In this document: piece by piece, positions 31,822 through 45,609 of the stretch
How positions within the stretch are numbered: position 1 is the first letter of the stretch
Layout of the letters: each line of letters begins with the position of its first letter
Assembly (NCBI RefSeq): GCF_009914755.1
Contig: NC_060939.1
Length of the DNA stretch: 64,000 nucleotides
Direction: 5' to 3' (one strand)
DNA from: the human T2T-CHM13v2.0 reference genome, Homo sapiens
Program-made: the position numbers and the translations under genes
Notes under the pieces: generated by a model
Told to the model about the DNA's origin: nothing
Database searches by the model: none
What the model saw: only the letters and a program-made list of their open reading frames with translations

Positions 31822-33305
31822 CAGGTAGATGGGCATAATTAGTGGTAAGGGATGGTAAAGATTTAGGCTGGATTAGGGAGTAATTTTCAAGTGTCTTGGA
31901 CTGTAGCTCTTTCAACGTAAGGCTGTCATGAGGAAAGATAAGTCTTTGCTGGTTTGTGCTGCTATAATAAGCAAAAGGAGACCCACCCCTCCTTTCTCCT
32001 TCCCCCACCCCCTCAATTTCTGTGCCCTTAATCCCCTGCCCCTTTCATGAAGCATTCGAACTCCATCAGTCAGGACACACATTGCAGGTTGGACAGATCA
32101 GCCAGAAAGGCACAACTGTAGCTAGAGGTAATATCTACTACTTCCAAACCACTCCAAATTAACCATTCTAGCTGGAGGGAGACCCGAGCCTTTGGGCCCC
32201 CCTTTTGTTTTATTAACTGCCAACAGAAAATGCCAGAAGGAGCTGGAGAGGGAGCCCAAAAAGGGGGACCAGGAACACTTTGCATATTTTAATTTCTTCA
32301 GTAAACAATACATAGCACAGCAGAAACCTACTACTGATGGCCACATCCCCAGGCAAAGGGTAGTCGGATGCACATCATGGGAGAGGACATAAAGAATATA
32401 CAAGTCCTTCGCAGGCTACAGGCTGCCTTATCTAGCTTCTCTGAGCTGGAGCTGAATTTCCCATCTGTTCACTGACTGGCTGCTGGAGGAGCTTTGATAA
32501 GGGCAAGGAGAAGGTGGAAACAATTAGCCTTCTCACACACCTAAAGCTTTCTTGGGAGTTGAATGTACTCTTCATCCAATGGAAAATGGGATTTGTCTTT
32601 GAGTCATGAAAAAAGACCCTTTAATTCTAAAGGAAGGATGCTTGCTGCTGAGAGGAGAGAGCTCATAGATCACTTGCAGGACCACAGACATGAAACGGTT
32701 GATAAAGTCCTTTATCTTCATTTAAAAGTGGGGATTCAACTTGGAAAAAATAACAGCGTTAAATTCTCAAGGAAGTCTGAGGTTGGGTGGTAACAGCAGT
32801 CAAAGCACTCTGGGAACTGCAAGGTGATTCATCAAAAAAAGAAGTACCACCACTCTTTTTAAGCACCATAGGTTTCTAGTTGGGCCTTTCCCTGGGAAAT
32901 GCCAGGAAAGGGGCATCTATTAACCCAGCCACACAGCCCTGGCAAGGCCTAGAGGCATCTTTAGCATCCTGGAATGGAGACAGGCAGAGGGAAGGTCTGG
33001 CACCAAGATAAACCAGGAACCTTAGTGAAAAGAGCACTGGATTCAGACTCAGGTCATCTGGGTTCTTGTCCCAGTTCTACTAGTGTGCCATCCTGTGGTC
33101 TTGGCAGCCCATGTTTTCTTTTGGTCTCAATGTTCATACTTGGAATAATGACATAGTTGGACCAGAGTTTTGCTAAGATTCCTCTCTGCTCAAAAATTGC
33201 ATGAGCATAATTTTCTCATCTGAATCAGGACATCAAGAACACTGAACGAAAGCTCAACTCAAGGCCCTTCCTAACACCTGCAGCATCAGCAGCCTGACTT
33301 TACAG

Positions 33306-33308
<3 letters not shown>

Positions 33309-33352
<44 letters not shown>
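33309..33352. repeat. (GT)n microsatellite
   Basis: Direct reading. Confidence 0.95.
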
Positions 33353-33357
<5 letters not shown>

Positions 33358-36300
33358 AGGCAGTGAAGGAGAGCATGGGCCAGAATTCAGGAGCTCCACG
33401 GCCCTGCCTTAGTTTGCATCATACCTCCTGGCTCACCCCTGGCCTTCTGTGTTCTCATCTGCATAATTGGTAGGGTGAGGGAAAGACTTCGACTAGTTGA
33501 CCTTTAGGGATCATCCAGTTCCAAAAGGGGATGATTTGGTCAAGTAGAGACTGGATAATCTTTGGATGCCCCTCCTGGCCCTGTGAGAAGGTTAGAGCTC
33601 TGAGGTCCACTTCGTTCCACACAGCCTGCTACTCTACAACTGGGTCCTGGGGTGCCTCTTGGCAGTGAAGGGTGTAGGCCAAGGGCAGGTTCAGATGAAA
33701 GAGATGGAGGAGCTGTACCTCCATGCAGCATCTGGGATTCCAGGCCATAATCTGAGGCCTGCAGCTGTGGGCTGCTCCATCTCTCTTTATAAACAAGCCC
33801 TGCCTCTTGGCTTCTCCTTCAAGGTCAAAAGGCAGGAGAGGACTGCTCTGAGGATGAACCTACAAGAAAGTCTTAAATGTGAAGCCAGAAATCACAGTTG
33901 GAGAGTTGTTATTCAAAGGCATTCCTCCTCTGTTAACACACATTCCTGTTTCCAAAAAATATAGAAGGGGAATTTGAGCAGGTGGACTTCTTGTTTGTAG
34001 GCTAACGAAACTGGGATGAAGTATCTTTCTCAGGGTCACCTAGTGGGTCCCCAAAAGGTCAAGCCAGGCTGAGTGCTGGGGTAGGTAATCCCCAAGGGTA
34101 GAGCCCTCATCTTAATTTATCTGAAGCTCTGGCCTCCACCATAACAGAGGTAGAAAGAGATGCTTTCAGCATTCCAAGTTTGGGAGTTGAGTTGGGCTAA
34201 GTTCTTGTCCCAGTGAACATGGATATAGAACAACTTATTGCATGTTTATACTGTGCTAGGATATATGCTAAATGAATTAAAATGCACTGCTTCGCTCAAT
34301 CCTCCTAAAACGCATTGGCTATGAAAACTACTATTATCGACAGCATTGTATTGAGAAAGGAAGAAAGGAAGGAGGAAAGTTGGGGAGGGGGGGAGAGAGG
34401 GAGAAAGGGAGAGAGGAAGGGAAAAAGGAGAGGAAGAGGTTAAGCATCTTATTCAAAAATGCTTGAGATAGAAAAATCCAAGTCTTGTACCCAAATTATT
34501 CTGATTCCAAAACCAAAGTTCTTATTCACCACCAAGTTAAAGTTCTTATACATTCTAAATTAAAAAAAGACTCATTAGTAAAAATGTTTTAAGGCATGTA
34601 AATTGATAGGTTAGGGTGGCACATTTTGGACAATGTGATAGAAATCCTATAAATGTGATTTATATAAAACACTCAGAAAAGCTGAAGGGGAATTTTCATT
34701 CAGAAATATCTAAATCAGCAGATTCAATGAAGTAAGATGGGAACCTACACCAGCCCAGAGAGCACTCATAAAGATGACATCAGAAAATATCTATGTTCCT
34801 CCATAGACAGATTGGAAAAAAGAAGCCAGTCATGGACTTTGCTTCCTGTGTCTTTCTCTTGGAGCTTTTCTCTGCATAATGTCCAGTCCCACTCTTGTAG
34901 AAATGGCACTGATAATTTCTCACCTCATCAGCTAGGCTCCTGATGGCAAGGCCTCCCTGACGAGGACAAGCCTTCACTACTGAACATCTAGGTCCCAGAT
35001 AATGTGTTCAACTGTGGCAGCATTTGTCATCATAATTTTCAAAATACATTAGCCTTGATTGTTTGGAAATCTATTTCCCGTTAACATCTCTTTCTCTAAG
35101 ATCATGGTCTTGGGCAGACAAAGAGAGAGGCAGAGAATGATGATGAAATTATGGAAAGAAGTCAGAGTAGAGATGAGAAGGAAGAAGGGAGAGAGGAAGC
35201 AACAGGCTCTACATGGTGACATTATTTAGGTCTTAGAATGAAGCCAACACTAGAAATAATTCCTAAACCTGGAAAACAAAAATTTTATTATAAAGACAGT
35301 ACATTGCCTTTTTGCTTAAGGTAGAGAGTTTTCTGTCACAGCTGAAAAAATCCTGAGAAAACACTAGAAAATTCGACTCTCAAGTTAGTTTCTATTTCTA
35401 GAAATACAATGTCTATTTCTAGAAATGAACCAAAGAAAAAAGATTCAGAGAGATCCCAGAGGCCCATGTAAAAACCGACATGCCCAGCTAGGATGAAACT
35501 ACGATAAGCCTCCTCTCACCCCGACTCCCCCTTGCTCCTTCCCCACCCTACATGTCTGCACCCAAATGCCAGAGCTTCACTGGCCATAAAGCCTCACAGG
35601 ACACAGTTCACATTGTGGGCTCTGAGACCGGTGTCTGAACTAAAAGCTTTCCTTGGAGGGCTGCATTTGCCCCGGTGCCAGGATTCTTCAGCCGGATGCA
35701 TCTGCCTGGAGATCTACTTTCCATTAGGGCTAGCCACAAGTGGCAGGAAGAGAGGAGGCAGCACTAATCAGAGGAACCAGCTAAGGCTCAAGAGAGGTGG
35801 GCACCAGTCTAGAAATAGCAGAACCCACATCATCGCCAGACAGGAGGCGGTGTCACAATTCTTGTAGTCATATGAATTTCTCATGAGTCATTTGTCCCAA
35901 AAGAATTGCGGAAGCAAAGGGACTTGACCAGCTTTGAAGATAAGATGCAGACCAAGAAGTCCCATCACGAGACTAGGGCAACATTCTCAGTGAGTGGTCC
36001 TGGATGGCACAACCAGAAAGATTCCCTCCCCTCCTCCATCATCTTCCCTGTAGCTCCTACAACCCCTTCCCTTGAAGACCTGAGCCCCACTGCATTCCAG
36101 GCCCCTTTTATCATCCTGTTCTAGGGGCTTGCTCTGCTCTGAGACACTATATTTCTTCAGATCATCAGAAAGCAAAATGCTAAGGCAACTGAGAGTTCAA
36201 AGATTAATTACTATTTAATGGGCAGATTTCTTATCTCTGGATAAATCTCCAGTTAAGAACTCAGAGGACTGGGACTAAGAACAGACAACCAAACTCCCTA

Positions 36301-36757
36301 AACTAATGAGGACATGCGATACCCTGTACATTCACAGGCATCTTACACAGGGGACTGTATTGGTTTTCCCCAGAAGGCCAGTCTTAATGATCTTGGATCA
36401 CAAGACTTGGGATAGCAATGAAAAGGGGGGAAACCACATTCCACAATTTCAAAACCATTAAACTACATTGGTGTTTGACTTTGGGAAAGTCCTAGTGGGT
36501 TTTAGAATAATCTCTAGCTTATAGACATCTTCACTGCAACCAGACCCTCTCCACAACCTCAGTGATGGCTGGAAAACACTCGCATGCCAAGAGGGGTGAA
36601 CAAAGCTTGTCTTATGCTCTCCTTGTGTACCCTGGACATGGAAATAAACAGGTGTGTGTCCTTAGGTTCCTTAGAAATACTAAGTTTGTTTGGGTGGGGA
36701 GATATCCCAGCATGCTACTTTAAAGGACCTGTCTATGACCAAGACATGCCCTGCTAG

Positions 36758-37079
<322 letters not shown>

Positions 37080-39594
37080 ACAATAAGCCTTTTAATATGG
37101 GCCTTTGGGATCTCTCTGAATCTTTTTTCTTAGGTTCATCTCACCCCTGAAATCCCGGCGTACTGCTGTAAAGGATGCATCTATGACCAAGTCTCTAAGC
37201 AGATTCCCAGACCGAGGCACACTCATGACCAGGTGCCCTTGCAGACTTGTGTCTAAGGCATGGGTATTATTCTTTTAAGCTTCAGCTAAGCCCTTCTGGA
37301 ATTAAGACATATCTTGTATGTGTGAGTGGCAGGGCGGCCCATATGTAACCAGAAAAAGAATGACTATCCTTGTCAGTTTGAAATATAACCAGACACTTCT
37401 CATCTTTACCCTGATTCCCAGCTGGGACTCCACAGAGCACACATATGCAGAAGAGAGAAGCCAACTGTGTTGAGATGCGTTAATATTTTAGAAGAAAAGC
37501 TAATTTGCTTGCTTATTTGTTTCTACCAGAGGGAGAACTCAGATAAGTGAAAGTGGAGAATCCTATGGAGGAAGATGAATGATGCTTTCCTCCTCAGCCC
37601 TCAAGTATCAAAATGACGGGGGAAACTAGACAAGGGTCCCTAAAAGCAGTAAAGAACCAAAACTTGATGAGGTAACCCTACCCAACAGTTAGAAGACCAC
37701 AGCGAGGGACATCCCAGTGCTTGGAGTATATTTCTGTGATGGTAACAATGTAATGAAAAAGAAAATCCTTGCCAAATGACAAGAGTATGGCTTCTCTCTA
37801 CCCCTATGACACATGTTGTGAAACTAAGAAACATTGTCTTGACATGCATAGAGACCCTGGGATAAATATGCTCTAAAACTCCAAGGAAAGTATAGCATCA
37901 CAGGTAGAAAATCTTCTACTTTATCACAAAAAGAAAACTGGAGAGGGTTATTGGCATCCCAAAGTAATTCTTTACTTTGTTGTAGCAGGTCTCTCTTCCG
38001 CATCTAAATGGTGATTTGCTTGAAACATAACCTTATCAGGAGGTTACCATATTATGCGTAAAACAACAGGTTACCTATTTGTTTTCTGGGAAATATATGA
38101 AAGTATACCACAAATAAATGCAACATTACACAGTGATATTTAGGTTAAATATAACCATCATATCTGAGATGTGGTCCAGAGACATCCTGTTTCTTGCTAA
38201 TAGCATCCTAAGACTGGATGAGGTCAGTCTGTGGATTCCATTCACAAAAGACAGACAGGAAATTTAGGATTATCTTCAAACTCAACTCTTCGCTCAAACC
38301 CCTGTCGAAAAACCTTTGTTCAGTCTCAGCACTCTGCATGCATTCTCCCCACCTCTATTATCTATACATAGACACCATGCATGGTCCCTCCTTCCAACGT
38401 GCGTGAGCCCCAGGAACACTGACTCACTGAAGTTAAGCCTCCACCTCAGCCGAGGATGGAAGCCACACAGGAAGATTTACTCTCATGCCCCCAAAATTTC
38501 CCATGCCCATCCCCATTTCCAGTGACAACACTCAAAAAACAAAGCAGCAGAAGTTGCTGTGCCTTCATGCGCAATCAGCAAAGACATGGACAACCACCCC
38601 AACACATCTACTGCTCCTGATCCAGCCATGCAAATCAGCCCACACATGGGACATTCGGGTCACCCAGTGAGTCCTTTTCTTACTTCCACTTCCTGCCAAC
38701 TGGTATCTGTGGAAAGATGCTGAGGCTAACTGATAAAGGCAGAATTTCAGACATAATTCAACCTGGATTTAAATCCTGGCTCCACTATTTTCTATTTCTG
38801 AGCTTAAACATCAGTGTTCTCATCCTCAAAGTGGAACTATAATAATGTCTTCATGAGAACAGAATAAATTAAACAAATTAACTTACTCAAAGCCCCTATC
38901 AAGGTGCCTGGCTAGAGCAGGTGTTCAGCAGCTGTAAGCTGCCCTTCCGTTACCCCACAGAAAGGCAGATGGGAGAAGGAAGGGCCTTAAGATGCTCTGA
39001 ATGGCCAGCACAAGTCAGAGATTAAGGGACTTTCTACAAAGATGCTCCCCAAATAGATGAATCCACAGCCATGTTCACTTTCTGATGCCGTCTCAGTGGT
39101 GTCAGAGGGAGATGAAACCCGTGCTGACCATCAAGCAGACAAGGTATCCTTCCAGTGCCACAGCCACCTGGTTTTCTCTCTTTGCTTTCTGTCATTATGA
39201 AGTTTGTGAGTATTTCTTTATTTGGACTCAGAATTTTCAGATACGATTTCATCCATACAGTAAGTTTTAGCTGAGTCATGAAAGCCCTCCTTGGAGAAAC
39301 TAAATAAACTAAAATATTTCGTATTCTTTAAGCAATGCGATTGCTTTGACGTCCCTACCTAAACTACACACACACACAACACTAACTACCACCACCAACA
39401 CCACCACTATTACTACCACCAAGTACTTCTTTTTCTCCTCTCTGCTTTCCTTCTCTCTTAAGAACCTATCACTCTTAATTTGCTATATACTTTACTTTAT
39501 CTTTATTTTTTTATCTCCCTCAGTAAGGGCAGCGATTTTTGTCTGTTTTACTCACAGTTGTATCACTGGCACCAACAATAACTCAGGATACATG

Positions 39595-39727
39595 GATAAA
39601 ATGACTGTATGCCCCAATTTACCAAGAAAGGTCTAAATTTATGCCTGTAGCTCCTATTTAATTATTAATAACTTCCCTTTTCATTCTCAGAAGGGTCCAA
39701 CTTTAGACAATCAAACATACACAGTTG
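39595..39727. mobile_element. MER94-like hAT MITE
   Basis: tttatgcctgtagctcctatttaattattaataacttcccttttcattctcagaagggtccaactttagacaat resembles the recalled MER94 core. Confidence 0.5.
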
Positions 39728-41112
39728 ATTAATATTAAATGTTTGTTGAAATTAATTAATAAATTTGACCAATTTGATATTTTAATGCAACCTGTCAGTT
39801 CCTAAAACCAAGAGTTTGAACCCGATGCGACTGAAATACATACAATATTTTAAAAGCATGAGAAGAGATTGATTAATCTTCTATAATGGTTCTGCTTGCA
39901 AAATTCTCATAAGGCTGCCAAGCATGTTTGTTCTGAAATACCCTAGCTATACACACTTGTTAGTACTGAAAATCTTAAACTTTCATGCTGTTGTTAGGAG
40001 CAGTGTCAAGAAGAGAAACCTATAAAACTGATCCTGAGAGAACCTGGGAGGTTATGCTTAATTTACCTCCCTAACCAAATTATGAGAGAAATGAATGAAA
40101 CTGTAAAAGCCTTCCTTCCCATGCACCTGCCCATAAGACTGCAGTATCAGGATAATACTGTATATTAGAAACCAGAAGCTTCTCACTTCAAAACTGACTT
40201 AACTACCGCACGCCCTGTCAGTGTTAGGAAGCAGCCTCTGGCCTGTGGAAAGCCTCTCAAGATGGCAAGCAGAACTTGTGTCTTCTTAGTCTGGGATGGA
40301 TCTTTAAGGCTGAGTAGGTGAATTCTGTGGTTCTGTTTTCCCAAGTGAACTGTTTCCCAAATAGAAGAAAAAAGCCCCCAAGCAAAAAGTGGAAGGAAGT
40401 CATCCAATACAGTCTGATGATCAAGGTAAGACAGATGGAACTTCGACTGACTCTGCAGTATGTCCATCTCCCTGCCAGAAATTACCATAGAAATTAAAAT
40501 GGGGAGGGCAAAAGCCTCCCTGCAAGCACTGGGGGATCTGACTCAGTCACAGAGGATCTGTAGTGACCATCCTGAGCATCAGGTCTGTTAGACCACGCTT
40601 CATCTGAGGTCAATGGGGAGACCTCCAGTTCTTAGACCCTCTACTCTGTGCAATTAGGGCATTCTTATTTCCTTACAGGGAGTCTCCTATGGAGTGTAAG
40701 CACCCAAAGTGTACTCAAAACTCAAGGTCACACCTCCTGAAATGCAAGAAAGCAGCCAAACCACTCGTCCATGCAGAGCCTTCAGCCTCCACCACACGCA
40801 CAGGTCTGGACAGAAGCCCTGGCAGCCATGTGAACTCCAGCGGCTCTCCCGGCTGTGCACCTAATTTTAGCAGATTATGGCCCGCCACCCCCCACCATGC
40901 TGTCTCCCCATGAGACATCCCAAGCACATCAATGGCTTTGGCAGGAAACTTCCATGGAAGTTAAATGATGCTCCACGGTGGGAGGCAAGGAAAAAGAGGT
41001 TGGAAGCAGGCCCCAGCCCATGGAAGTGCCTCTCCAAAGCCTGCAAGCTGTCTGTCTGTGTGTGGACTGCCCTGCCCAGCCCCCTGGCCCCAGAAATCAA
41101 ATCCAGACTCAC

Positions 41113-41187
41113 TGTGGAAGCTGCCGTTGCTGCTAGCCTCTGCCGCTGCCACACCACGCTGAACGGGCCCTTCTGGCATGGCCCTTC
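41113..41187 (-). CDS. NTRK3: NTRK3 alternative cassette exon, 25-aa kinase insert EGPCQKGPFSVVWQRQRLAATAAST (75 nt, phase 0/0)
   Basis: Acceptor cattcactgtcag|GAA preceded by a ~80-nt CU-rich tract; consensus donor ACA|gtgagt; 25 codons with no stop. Closely resembles the rat TrkC 25-aa insert as recalled (EGPCQKGPFNVSWQQQRLAASAAST). Confidence 0.88.
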
Positions 41188-42235
41188 CTGACAGTGAATG
41201 AGGGGAGAGAGTGGGAAGGGGGAGAGAGAAGAAAAGGGATGAAGGGAGAGGAAGGAAGCATGGAAGGATGAAAGGAGGAGCATGAGGAAAGCAGGGGGAT
41301 CTTTAACTGAATGGCGTGTCTCTCCTGGGCAGGGCCTCAAACATTTGTCCTGCATCATTAGGGAGGACAGCGGAAGACCGCAGCAACCCACCTTCAAGGC
41401 CCTTACTCTGGAGTCCGCCCAGAAACACAAGGCACTCGGGGCTCCACCAGCACATCATGACACCACTCCCAGCACATGACACCCAGCTGTCTTCCTCTGT
41501 GGGACATGAAGACGCAATGGGCTTCCCTCCACGAGCTTGGTTCTACTCCCAGCAGGAGCCTCCCAGCCAACCTACTGCTTGGAGAGGAAGTGGGTTCTAT
41601 CTAGAATTTTCAGCCCCTTAGGTCAAAGAAACAGCGCTTTCTCCAAAGCTTCTGAGAGAATTATTGCTCTTAGTGTGTCCCGCAGAAAATCCCTGAATTC
41701 ACCACTGCTTTTAGGGCTACCCAGATTCCCTCTCCTTTCCTTCCTGATTTAGAAAGGTTAACTCACTGAATGTCACCACCATGGAGCCTCAGCCCTCCTC
41801 CTCCTTGCTGTCCATGGAGTTAACATTTGTGTTCCCCCTCACCACTCAGGAAAAAAGCTCCTAAGCAAGGCCTTTCCCTTGAAAGGGCTCCTGAGAAGTG
41901 AGAGGAGGGGGGTGCATGAGGAGGGACTCACAGTAACTTAGCAATGGCATTTCTCAAGTGCTTCCAAGTCAAGGGCTGTGTGCAAGAGACAAGAGACACA
42001 GTCTCTGCTCTCAATTGAGTCAGAGGCAGAGAAGCAGCACTGGAATGACCTGGAGGAGAGGCAGATTCATGAAGTAACATGTCCCTGTGCACAAACTCAT
42101 AGGGTGAGGCTGAAAAGACCATCCAGTGAAGACAATGAAATGGGGATTGCTGAGTGCTGATGGCAGGGAGGGACGAACAGAAAGAAAGAAGACGGAGATG
42201 AAAGAAAGGACAGATGGGCAGTTGGGAAGAGAAGG

Positions 42236-42626
42236 TGTGATGGACTGAACTGTGTGCCCCCCAACACATGCTCATTATGGGGAAGTCCTAACCCCAAGTT
42301 CTTCAGAATATGACTGTATTTGGAGAGAGAGCCTTAAATGAGGTAACTAAGGTTCAATGGGGTCTGTAGGGTGGGCCCTAATCCAATAGGACTGGGGTCC
42401 TTATAAGAAGAGATTAGGACACAAACCACACAGACGGATGACCATGTGGGGACACAGTGAGCAGGCAGCCATGTGCAAGACAAAGAGCGAGGCCTCTGAA
42501 TGAATGAACCCTGTTGGCACCTTGGTCTTGAACTTCCAGCCTCCAGAGCAGTGAGAAAATCAGATTCTGTTGTTGAAGCCCCCAGTCTGTGGAGCACTGC
42601 TATGGCAGCCCGAACAAATGAACACA
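42236..42626 (+). mobile_element. MaLR solo LTR (MLT1B-like)
   Basis: tgtgatggactgaactgtgtgcccc...gggtgggccctaatccaata...tatggcagcccgaacaaatgaacaca; near 5-bp TSD gaagg/gaggg. Confidence 0.85.
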
Positions 42627-45552
42627 GAGGGCCTCATGCAAAGGTGGAAATAAGCAACTGGCGCTGGGCCACCGGGGACAGACTGGCTGGGATGGAGCCA
42701 AGGGGGCTTCTTGTGGAAGGTCAGGAAGGAGACTGGCAGGGGCTTCAGGACCCAGTAGGCCAGGGCAAGAAATTTATATTTTGGTGAAATGAAGATTTAC
42801 TCACACAAGGCTCCAAAAACACAGGAGGGATGAGGAAGTTCGAGGAGCCCTGGGGGAAGAGCTCCAAGCCTGAAGGTGTGTGCGTGGATTCAGGTTTTGG
42901 ACTGACCAGGCATGGACCCGGGCAGCTCCTGCCAACGTGCAAAGAAAAAGTGGCACTGAGGTGCTATAAGGAAAGACATAGCAGGCTGGTGATAAAGAGA
43001 CAGGTTCAGAAATGGCTCCCCTTTGGGAAGCTCCCAAGAGAGTTTTCACGGATGCTAACGGTTGCTGAGGTGCTAGCACTCAGAGAAGCAGGAGGAGGCC
43101 ATGGTGAGTTTTATTTAAAACATGCCGTGTTTCAGTCTCCAGTGAACTCTCCAGGGGAGGCTTACAGATTAAGCAATCAAAGAGAGAAGAAGTGGAGGCT
43201 GCAAATGTAAATTTCAAACAGATTCTGTGTAAAAGTAAAAAGGGGTTATAACCATGTGAGTGCATGAGGTTTGCAAAGCAGATGTCTAAAATAGCAGCAC
43301 CCAAACTTAAAATGAGAGGAAGGAGAGAAACCAATGGAGCAGGGAAAGAATGACCAGGAATGGTTATAACTTGTGGAACAAAGCATAACTGAGGCATTCA
43401 ACAAGAATACTATGCATCACTGGCAGTTGCAGGGGGTGCAGGGGAAAGGGTAAATTATTAATAATGTCATTCAACAATAGTTCAGGAAGGGTTAGACTTG
43501 AAGTAAGAAATTTAAATTTGGTCGTGAGAGATAATTAGTGACCCCAAAACTGCAGATTCAATTCAGTGGTAAGATCAGAAGCCCAAAAAATTAAGACAGA
43601 AGATGAAAAGTACTTATTTCAATATTCAGGCAAAGTTAGAAGGGATAGAAAGGTCAAATGAAGATTTTTCTTTAATGTAGGATAGATTGTGGATTTTTAG
43701 AGTTGAAAGGAGGGAGAAATGCCTCAAGAAAGCCTTCAGAGCAAGATAAACACAGTCACAGGGAGAGACAAGAGACAGGGCAAGTGACAGGTATTGAGGT
43801 ATGAGCGAAGTGGGAAAGGATTCAGGCTGTGAATGTGTAGATATGCAGAGGGTGAATTTGGCTTAATATTTGATAGCATCATGAAAATATATACTTGACA
43901 CAGTTCCTTGCACGTACATAATTATGAGTCCTTAAATTGCTCTACCACTTTGCACTTATCTAAGCAATCTCTGTTGTAGAGTTGGCTTTTAGGATCTCAG
44001 AATTAGAGAAAAGCAAAACTTTGAGATCATCTTCTGAAACCTCATGTCCAGCACAGGCATCTGTATAATGTGGTTCTAAGGATTTTCTAGAAACCCAATG
44101 GGGATGGAGAACCCACTATCTTGTAGGACGGTCTGTTCCATTTTCACACAATAAGGGTAACTTCCTGCAGCACTGTGCTTCACCACCCTCAGGTGTCAAC
44201 TATCTCTAGCGTTTTCCAGTCTTGCCACCCCTGTGGGTGAGGAACACATTGCAGAGCCCACTCATTGCACCAAAATAATGGAGGACAACCCTTGCATACA
44301 TCTCTGTACTGAAACCTGGCTTTGTGATCTCTGATTGTTCCAAATTAGGGTCCTTGAGCATCATCCCAGATCAGTCATTCGCTGAGAAGAACACCTGTCT
44401 CCTGGTTTATGTCATTTAATGAACATTTATGAAATGTCTACCATATATCATGTATAGTCCTAGGTACAAGGGTTATATAATCAGTGAAATAAGGCATGAA
44501 TACTGCCCTTAAAGAACTTCTAAGCTACTGTGAATGATTATGTGTCAATCAAAGTTCTTGAGAATACATTTTCACAATAAACATTAAAACAATTACTTCT
44601 TGCAACACATTTCAAGGCAATAGGACAATACTCCTCAACTCTGAGCACCACCTCCCTTGCTTCTAATATTCCTTCCTCGCCCTTCAGTTTCACTGAATCT
44701 GTGTTACATTTTACAGACTACAATCACCTCAAATCACGTTGCTGCTGGTTGCTTTAAGATTACATTGGAGAGCCGAAAATCTCTAAATTAAATCATCTTT
44801 GCTTGCTGCGTTGACTAGGCTTGGGTCATCCTGTTTTCCTCCTTTGCCTTGAATGGCCTTGCCACAAAGCCTTATTAGAAAAATAGATCATGGAACTCAA
44901 TTATTACAAGCTCACACTTCTACTTAACCTCATGGAGACTGTGCTGTATTGGTGTGCTCTTTAAACATTCTATTCACAAGTAAACTCTCATCCCTTGAAA
45001 AACCTAACTTAACCAGAACACCAAACCCAATTCCACCCCTCATTTATTGTACAGTCTGGGGAATGATCACTAATCTCTCTGAGCTTTAATTTACTTGTCT
45101 GTAAATAGGGAGAATCATGCCAGCCCATTGACCTCATAGCACTTTGATGGTGGTTAGAGAGGAGCACTGAATTCACAGGAAGGGAGAAGAATGTCCTTGT
45201 CTTCACTCTACCACTAACTAGGTGTGTGATCTTGAGGGACATCTGCTCTCTCTCTCTCTCTCTCTCTGGCTGGCATTCAATGTATTCACCTGTCAAATAA
45301 GTGGGTTTGAAAGATGACCTCCAACTTCATTTCTAGTCAGGATTTCACAAGATTGCCAGTGTAGATGCTTACCCAAATTTCATCCAGACGTTTATCAAGG
45401 TCTCTCATAGAATACTTACAAAACAGTTGGGTGGAGTAATAAAAATGCATAGACCATATCCAGAGAATGTTGATAATTGAATCAACGTCTGCTTGGGAGC
45501 AGAACTCTAGCGGCAAACCCTGATCTTGGGCTGTTCAACTTTTCAAAAAGTA

Positions 45553-45555
<3 letters not shown>

Positions 45556-45607
<52 letters not shown>
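45556..45607. repeat. (AT)n microsatellite
   Basis: Direct reading. Confidence 0.95.

Positions 45608-45609
<2 letters not shown>

Noticed and set aside
40867-41430. 187-aa ORF, the longest in the track, as a standalone gene
   Set aside because: Only the internal 25 codons bounded by splice sites resemble a protein; the rest is polypyrimidine tract and intron.
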